Made by a program: the position numbers and the translations under genes. Shown piece after piece: positions 59,795-64,000 of a stretch of DNA of 64,000 bases; positions within the stretch are counted from its first letter, which is position 1, and each line of letters starts with the position of its first letter. The stretch is from a virus, in the IMG/VR virus record IMGVR_UViG_3300006854_000004, positions 1 through 64,000 of that record; one strand, given 5' to 3'. The notes under the pieces were generated by a model, which was not told the DNA's origin, searched no databases, and saw only the letters and a program-made list of their open reading frames with translations.

Positions 59795-60061
59795 ATGCCA
59801 GCGATCAACAGTGAGACCAACAGCGTGGAGGTGGTGAACATCTCCGGTAGCATCGTGCGCTTCGAGATCGAAGGCGTGCGATACAAGCTCGCTCCCAAGG
59901 AGAGGGTTCATCTCCACAAGAGCTATACCGTCAACAAGAAGATGCGTCCCGACGCGGACCCTGTCCCGTCGACGATCGAGCTTCTGACGAACAACATGGT
60001 CGTCCCGGTCACGGACAAGCGCGCCATCGCGCGCCTCGGGAACCAGGCGAAGGCGGACTGA
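59795..60061 (+). CDS. hypothetical head/neck protein
   Basis: GGAGGA lies before ATG 59795. The upstream part of the track ORF was discarded. Confidence 0.5.
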   Translation: MPAINSETNSVEVVNISGSIVRFEIEGVRYKLAPKERVHLHKSYTVNKKMRPDADPVPSTIELLTNNMVVPVTDKRAIARLGNQAKAD

Positions 60062-60063
60062 CC

Positions 60064-60459
60064 GTGGCCTTCTCCCCGACCGAGAAGACGAAGATGCTGT
60101 TCTACCTCGGGTACTCCGTATTCGAGGACAACGGTCCAGCGATGCGCTCGCTGAACTCGCTCGACTCCAAGGAGGAGGTCGCGGGCTTCATCATCCGCGA
60201 TCTGCTCTCCAAGATGGACGACGTCGCGCGAGAGATCCACGAGACCATCGCTCTCGCTGCCGCGGTCGAGGACGGCAGCATCAAGGTTCGCGCTCACTAC
60301 ACGCTCGAGCACCTATGGCGTCTCGGACGCAGCTACGTCAACCAGCTCGCGCGCTACACGAAGATCTCCATCGACGGAGACGTGTTCAGCTCCAGCAGTA
60401 ACGCTCGCGACGGTGGCGGCTTCTACGCGCAGGACCCGAGCGAGAAGAGATTCACTTAG
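60064..60459 (+). CDS. hypothetical head-tail connector-region protein
   Basis: GTG 60064, 2 nt after the upstream stop. Confidence 0.5.
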   Translation: MAFSPTEKTKMLFYLGYSVFEDNGPAMRSLNSLDSKEEVAGFIIRDLLSKMDDVAREIHETIALAAAVEDGSIKVRAHYTLEHLWRLGRSYVNQLARYTKISIDGDVFSSSSNARDGGGFYAQDPSEKRFT

Positions 60460-60465
60460 CGCCCT

Positions 60466-60482
60466 CGCCCTGCGGGAGGGCG
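60466..60482 (+). terminator. GC-rich hairpin, with an alternative long-range pairing
   Basis: CGCCCT-GCGGG-AGGGCG. The same 5' arm region (60459-60470, GCGCCCTCGCCC) can instead pair with GGGCGAGGGCGC at 60511-60522. Confidence 0.35.
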
Positions 60483-60549
60483 GTTCTACCACCGTTGACG
60501 CCCGAGCAAGGGGCGAGGGCGCACCAATCCACAGCACAGGAGAAGCGTT

Positions 60550-60933
60550 ATGCAGCGAATGATCGTCAAGGCAGCGACCCAGACCGTCGAGGCGGCCGAC
60601 CCGGACGTCGGCGTCATGGCGGCGGACGGCGACACGCAGGTCGTCGACGTCTCGGAGATGTCCCACATCTCCATCTACCTCAACCAGATCGTCGACGACG
60701 GCAACTGCACGCTGACCGTCACGAAGAGCGTCGACGGCGTGAACTTCGCCCCGGTCGCGTCGAAGGCTCAGGGTGACTTCGCCGCTGGCGCGAACAAGGC
60801 GATCGAGATCACGCTCAGCGACGGCAACGGGATGCCGACGCACGCGAAGCAGATCAAGTGCGAGCTGTCGGGCTCGAGCGGGAACGGGACGTACACGATG
60901 ACCGCGGCCGGCTCGCTGCGGTCGAACCGCTGA
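60550..60933 (+). CDS. virion protein, short paralogue
   Basis: AGGAGAAG lies before the ATG. Paralogous to 60943-61665 without the inserted module. Confidence 0.5.
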   Translation: MQRMIVKAATQTVEAADPDVGVMAADGDTQVVDVSEMSHISIYLNQIVDDGNCTLTVTKSVDGVNFAPVASKAQGDFAAGANKAIEITLSDGNGMPTHAKQIKCELSGSSGNGTYTMTAAGSLRSNR

Positions 60934-60942
60934 GGTGCCGTC

Positions 60943-61665
60943 ATGCACGGCAAGATCATCACACGGACCGCGACCCTCCTCGTCAACGACGCGGAGGACG
61001 GTCTACTCAGCTCGGTGAACGACGTCGCTGCCGTCGACTGTCGTGACATGCACAGCATCTCGCTGTACGTGAACATGGTGGTCGACGATCCCGCTCAGAC
61101 GAACGGCACGAAGTCGTCGCTCGATCTCGAGGGTCCCGGCACGAACATCGACACGGTCGTGCAGGCGACCTCCCCGGGCACTGACGGGGACGCCATCGGC
61201 ATCACCTTCCAGGACGGGTCGCTCGTCGACGAGGGCGAACTGACCGTGGTCGGTACCGAGGTGACGTTCGCCTTCAAGGACGGCGTCACCACCGTGGCCG
61301 ACTTCGAGGCTGCGGTCGGCGCTCTCGTCGGGGACGACGCCATCATCGAGGTCAAGACGGCGGGAACCGGGGCGAGCGTCCTGGCTACGACCGACGACGA
61401 GTTCGTGTCGCAGAACCTCGCCGGAGGTACGGACGGCGAGGGCGGCTTCGACATCGTTCTCGAGACGTCGCTCGACGGCCTGAACTACGCTCCGCTCACG
61501 GCGTTCGACGAGACGGACTTCGCCGACGGCAGCAACCTGACGATCGAGTACCCCGTGCGCGACGCGAACGGGATGCCGAAGCGGGTCGGCACCGTCAAGG
61601 CGACGCTCACGTCACTCGATGACGGGAGCAAGTTCTCGATCACCGCGGTCGGCATCCAGGGCTGA
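60943..61665 (+). CDS. virion protein, long paralogue carrying the shared ~90-aa module
   Basis: Its N- and C-terminal parts align with 60550-60933 ('MHSISLYVNMVVDD' vs 'MSHISIYLNQIVDD'; 'DANGMPKRVGTVKATLT' vs 'DGNGMPTHAKQIKCELS'). The insert is at nt 61144-61434. Confidence 0.5.
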   Translation: MHGKIITRTATLLVNDAEDGLLSSVNDVAAVDCRDMHSISLYVNMVVDDPAQTNGTKSSLDLEGPGTNIDTVVQATSPGTDGDAIGITFQDGSLVDEGELTVVGTEVTFAFKDGVTTVADFEAAVGALVGDDAIIEVKTAGTGASVLATTDDEFVSQNLAGGTDGEGGFDIVLETSLDGLNYAPLTAFDETDFADGSNLTIEYPVRDANGMPKRVGTVKATLTSLDDGSKFSITAVGIQG

Positions 61666-61668
61666 AGC

Positions 61669-62169
61669 ATGAAGGACTCGACGCTCGACAAGACTCTGCT
61701 CGCCGACAAGCTGATCGGCGTGGTGGACAAGGTGCGTCGAAAGATTCATGCGAAGCTCGGCACTCGTCCGTGGACCGTCGCCATCGTCACACGCCGCTGG
61801 TCTGGCGGCGAGCGAGGCGTCGGAACACCGACGATATCTGTTCTCGAGTTGGACCCGACCCCGATGGTTCAGAGGAACACGAAGGATCGCATGGGACCGG
61901 CCGGTCGCGAGGCCGCTGGAACCGTGGTGATGACCGGCGTGTCCCTCCGATACACCGAGGACGAGTTGAGCCCGAGAGCTGACAACAGGACGGAGGTCGC
62001 CTATCGGCTGACCGAGGCGCACGGACAGCGACAGCGGACCAGGTGGTTCGTGCTCGCGGCGTCGCCGGTCCCGCGTCGGGGCGACAAGTCGGGTGACAGC
62101 ACCGACTGGTACCTGTTGCTCAACGAGGCGTCGGCGATGAGCGGTCTCGACAAGGAGGACGCTCCTTGA
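61669..62169 (+). CDS. hypothetical neck protein
   Basis: ATG lies 3 nt after the upstream stop. Confidence 0.5.
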   Translation: MKDSTLDKTLLADKLIGVVDKVRRKIHAKLGTRPWTVAIVTRRWSGGERGVGTPTISVLELDPTPMVQRNTKDRMGPAGREAAGTVVMTGVSLRYTEDELSPRADNRTEVAYRLTEAHGQRQRTRWFVLAASPVPRRGDKSGDSTDWYLLLNEASAMSGLDKEDAP

Positions 62170-62639
62170 CCGCCATCACCATCGACCCGACGAAGGTCGC
62201 GGAGGCCATTCGCGAGGAAGCAAAGAAGGTCCGCGGCTCGCTCAAGATTGCCGCTCGCGCGGCCGCGTATCGCCTGAAGGCGTACCTGATCGAGGAGACG
62301 GACCGGCTCGGCATCACGGACCGCGGCATCTTCAAGAACAGCTTCGTCGTCAGCGACGTCACCGTCATCAACGAGGCGCCTCACGCCGGTATGGTCGAGA
62401 TGGGGACGCGTCCGCATCACGTCGGTCGCGAGGGTCGCGAGGCTCTGAAGGCGTGGTGCATGCGGAAGCTGGGTCTCAGCGAGCAGGAGGCCGAGGGCGC
62501 GTCGTGGGCGATCGCGCAGAAGATCGCAGCCGTCGGCACAACCGGGCGGTTCATCTTCCGCGACTCACTCCCGAAGGCGTACGAATTCTTCCAGGAGGAG
62601 CTTCTGTTCATCCTGGCGAAGGCGGGGAGCGGCGTATGA
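62166..62639 (+). CDS. HK97 gp10-like head-tail joining protein
   Basis: TTGA overlap. 'APHAGMVEMGTRPH' resembles the 'YA..vEfGT' core of the family. Confidence 0.5.
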   Translation: MTAITIDPTKVAEAIREEAKKVRGSLKIAARAAAYRLKAYLIEETDRLGITDRGIFKNSFVVSDVTVINEAPHAGMVEMGTRPHHVGREGREALKAWCMRKLGLSEQEAEGASWAIAQKIAAVGTTGRFIFRDSLPKAYEFFQEELLFILAKAGSGV

Positions 62640-63361
62640 TCGCACTCTCCCTCAGACGGCAGACCGTCAGCGCCATGTGCGATACGATCCAGGATCGCCT
62701 GAAGCTGGCTCAGCGTCCAGCGGCGCTCGAGGCGAACCCGAGCGACACGCCCGAGTATCCCGCGTGCGCGATCCAGCTCGATCGGTTCAAGCTGGACATC
62801 ACCGACGAGGACGAGATCCAGGGCGACGAGACCGGTCCGTTCGTCGGAGCGCGCGCGATCCTCGGCTACGCGCCGAACATCGACATCGGCGGCGGAGCGT
62901 ACCTCGTTCGGGTCGGCAAGATCATCGGTCAGGGTCGCATCTGGGTCGGCTGTCGTCTTCCAGCACAGCGGGAGGCGATGGAAGCTCGGATCATGCGCAT
63001 CTTCTTCGACGACGATCAAGCCCCGACGCGATGGTTGGTCACCATCCCGGAGCCGCTGATCTCAGACTACACTCTTCCGTTCCCGTGGACCGTAGCGGTC
63101 TTCATGGGCGACACCGAGTGGACCAGAGAGTACGTGTTCAGCGAGCGTGTCTGGGCCTGGATCTCCTTCGAGATGGAGATCGAGCTTTTGATCCCGCGAG
63201 ACGCGGTCCCGATGGTCAAGAACTTCCTGCTCGAGTTCGACGTCGACGTCACTCAGCCAGTGACCGATCCGGACAGGGTCGGCGACGTGTACGATCGAGA
63301 CGCAGGAGCAGACTCGGAGTTCTACGACGTCAACCCTCTTCGTCGCGTAACGCCACCGTAG
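62636..63361 (+). CDS. hypothetical tail-completion-region protein
   Basis: ATGA overlap start within track ORF 62453-63361. Confidence 0.5.
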   Translation: MIALSLRRQTVSAMCDTIQDRLKLAQRPAALEANPSDTPEYPACAIQLDRFKLDITDEDEIQGDETGPFVGARAILGYAPNIDIGGGAYLVRVGKIIGQGRIWVGCRLPAQREAMEARIMRIFFDDDQAPTRWLVTIPEPLISDYTLPFPWTVAVFMGDTEWTREYVFSERVWAWISFEMEIELLIPRDAVPMVKNFLLEFDVDVTQPVTDPDRVGDVYDRDAGADSEFYDVNPLRRVTPP

Positions 63362-63371
63362 GAGCAAAGCA

Positions 63372-64000
63372 ATGCCAGCACCGAGGTTCATTACGAGCGA
63401 GTCCCAGATCGGCGCACCTGGGGTCTACGTGCTCGAGAGCGCGCCGCCTTCGCCGACGCGAGGTCAGCGGAACAGGATCATCGCACTCGCGGGCGAGTGC
63501 GTCCGCGGTCCGGTCGACAAGCCTGTCGTCTGCTCGACGTACGGTCGGTTTCTCGACGTGTTCGGCGCGCGCGACCACTTCGTCAACGGCGGGACCGTCT
63601 ACGGCCATATCTGGCGCGCCCTCCAGGGCAAGCGATGGGGCAAGCTGGTCATCTGCCGCGCAGCTGCCGACGACGCGGATGTCGCGACCCACACGTTCAA
63701 GGACGGTCTCGTGGACGTGCTCCAGGCCGACGCGTCCAGCCCGGGTATCTGGGGCAACGGACTCACCGTCGCGATCGAGGACGCCACGAACGGTGACGCC
63801 GACGCGTTCAATGCGATCGTCGCCTACGGCGGCAAGACTCGCAAGCATCAGAACCTCAAGATCAACGCCGCGGGCGACAACAATCTGTCGATCGTGGTCG
63901 GCGACGACGACTCGGTCTGGGTCACGTTCACCAAGCTGGCGAACGGTCGCCCCGACAACATCGTCGCCACCGCGCTGACGACCGGCTCGGACGGCACGAT
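63372..64000 (+). CDS. tail sheath protein, N-terminal fragment (3' end outside window)
   Basis: This ORF is not in the track because it has no stop in the window. My own translation is 'MPAPRFITSESQIGAPGVYVLES...GECVRGPVDKPVVCSTYGRFLDVFG...ALTTGSDGT'. The 'PGVY..E' start and 'GP...P..v.s...f...FG' pattern are typical of sheath N-termini. GGAG lies before the ATG. Confidence 0.65.
   Translation, partial: MPAPRFITSESQIGAPGVYVLESAPPSPTRGQRNRIIALAGECVRGPVDKPVVCSTYGRFLDVFGARDHFVNGGTVYGHIWRALQGKRWGKLVICRAAADDADVATHTFKDGLVDVLQADASSPGIWGNGLTVAIEDATNGDADAFNAIVAYGGKTRKHQNLKINAAGDNNLSIVVGDDDSVWVTFTKLANGRPDNIVATALTTGSDGT

Overview
GC-rich, very gene-dense dsDNA phage sequence with a contractile-tail (myovirus-type) gene set. 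It looks like most of one genome caught in a permuted frame. The window opens inside a tail gene just upstream of a Mu/P2-like baseplate module and closes inside the tail sheath gene. Tube and tape-measure genes are not in the window.

Three blocks:
(1) 1-14.1 kb, + strand. LysM-tailed tail protein, baseplate hub/spike/gp25-like/J-like genes, fibre-like genes, and a lysis cassette (holin-like protein, amidase endolysin).
(2) 14.2-50.7 kb, - strand, except a small + strand island at 17.26-17.99 kb. About 90 tightly packed early genes: primase-helicase, SNF2 helicase, RecD-like helicase, SSB-like protein, family A DNA polymerase, DnaQ-like exonuclease, ATP-dependent ligase, dCMP deaminase, a thymidylate-synthase-fold enzyme, HAD deoxyribonucleotidase, two P-loop kinases, several candidate base-modification proteins, two HNH endonucleases, a stand-alone receiver domain, an RHH regulator and lipoproteins.
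(3) 50.9-64.0 kb, + strand. Small and large terminase, portal, Mu-F-like protein, scaffold, major capsid, neck genes and the 5' part of the tail sheath gene.

I saw no rRNA, canonical tRNA, CRISPR array, integrase or transposase.

Gene starts were refined from the ORF track using Shine-Dalgarno motifs and the pervasive ATGA/GTGA/TTGA start-stop overlaps. Many track ORFs are N-terminally over-extended, or are antisense or alternate-frame artefacts of the high GC content.

Main hunt results:
- a candidate thymine-replacement/hypermodification gene set (24.6-36.3 kb);
- a second possible DNA-modification pair (DUF4338-like + Dcm-fold, 41.9-43.2 kb);
- a three-copy ~100-140 nt intergenic repeat;
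- a shared promoter-like motif family;
- a tRNA-like acceptor/T-arm element inside a 217-nt structured gap;
- a ~90-aa module shared by three virion proteins.

All family assignments are by-eye motif recognition. No database search or folding program was run.
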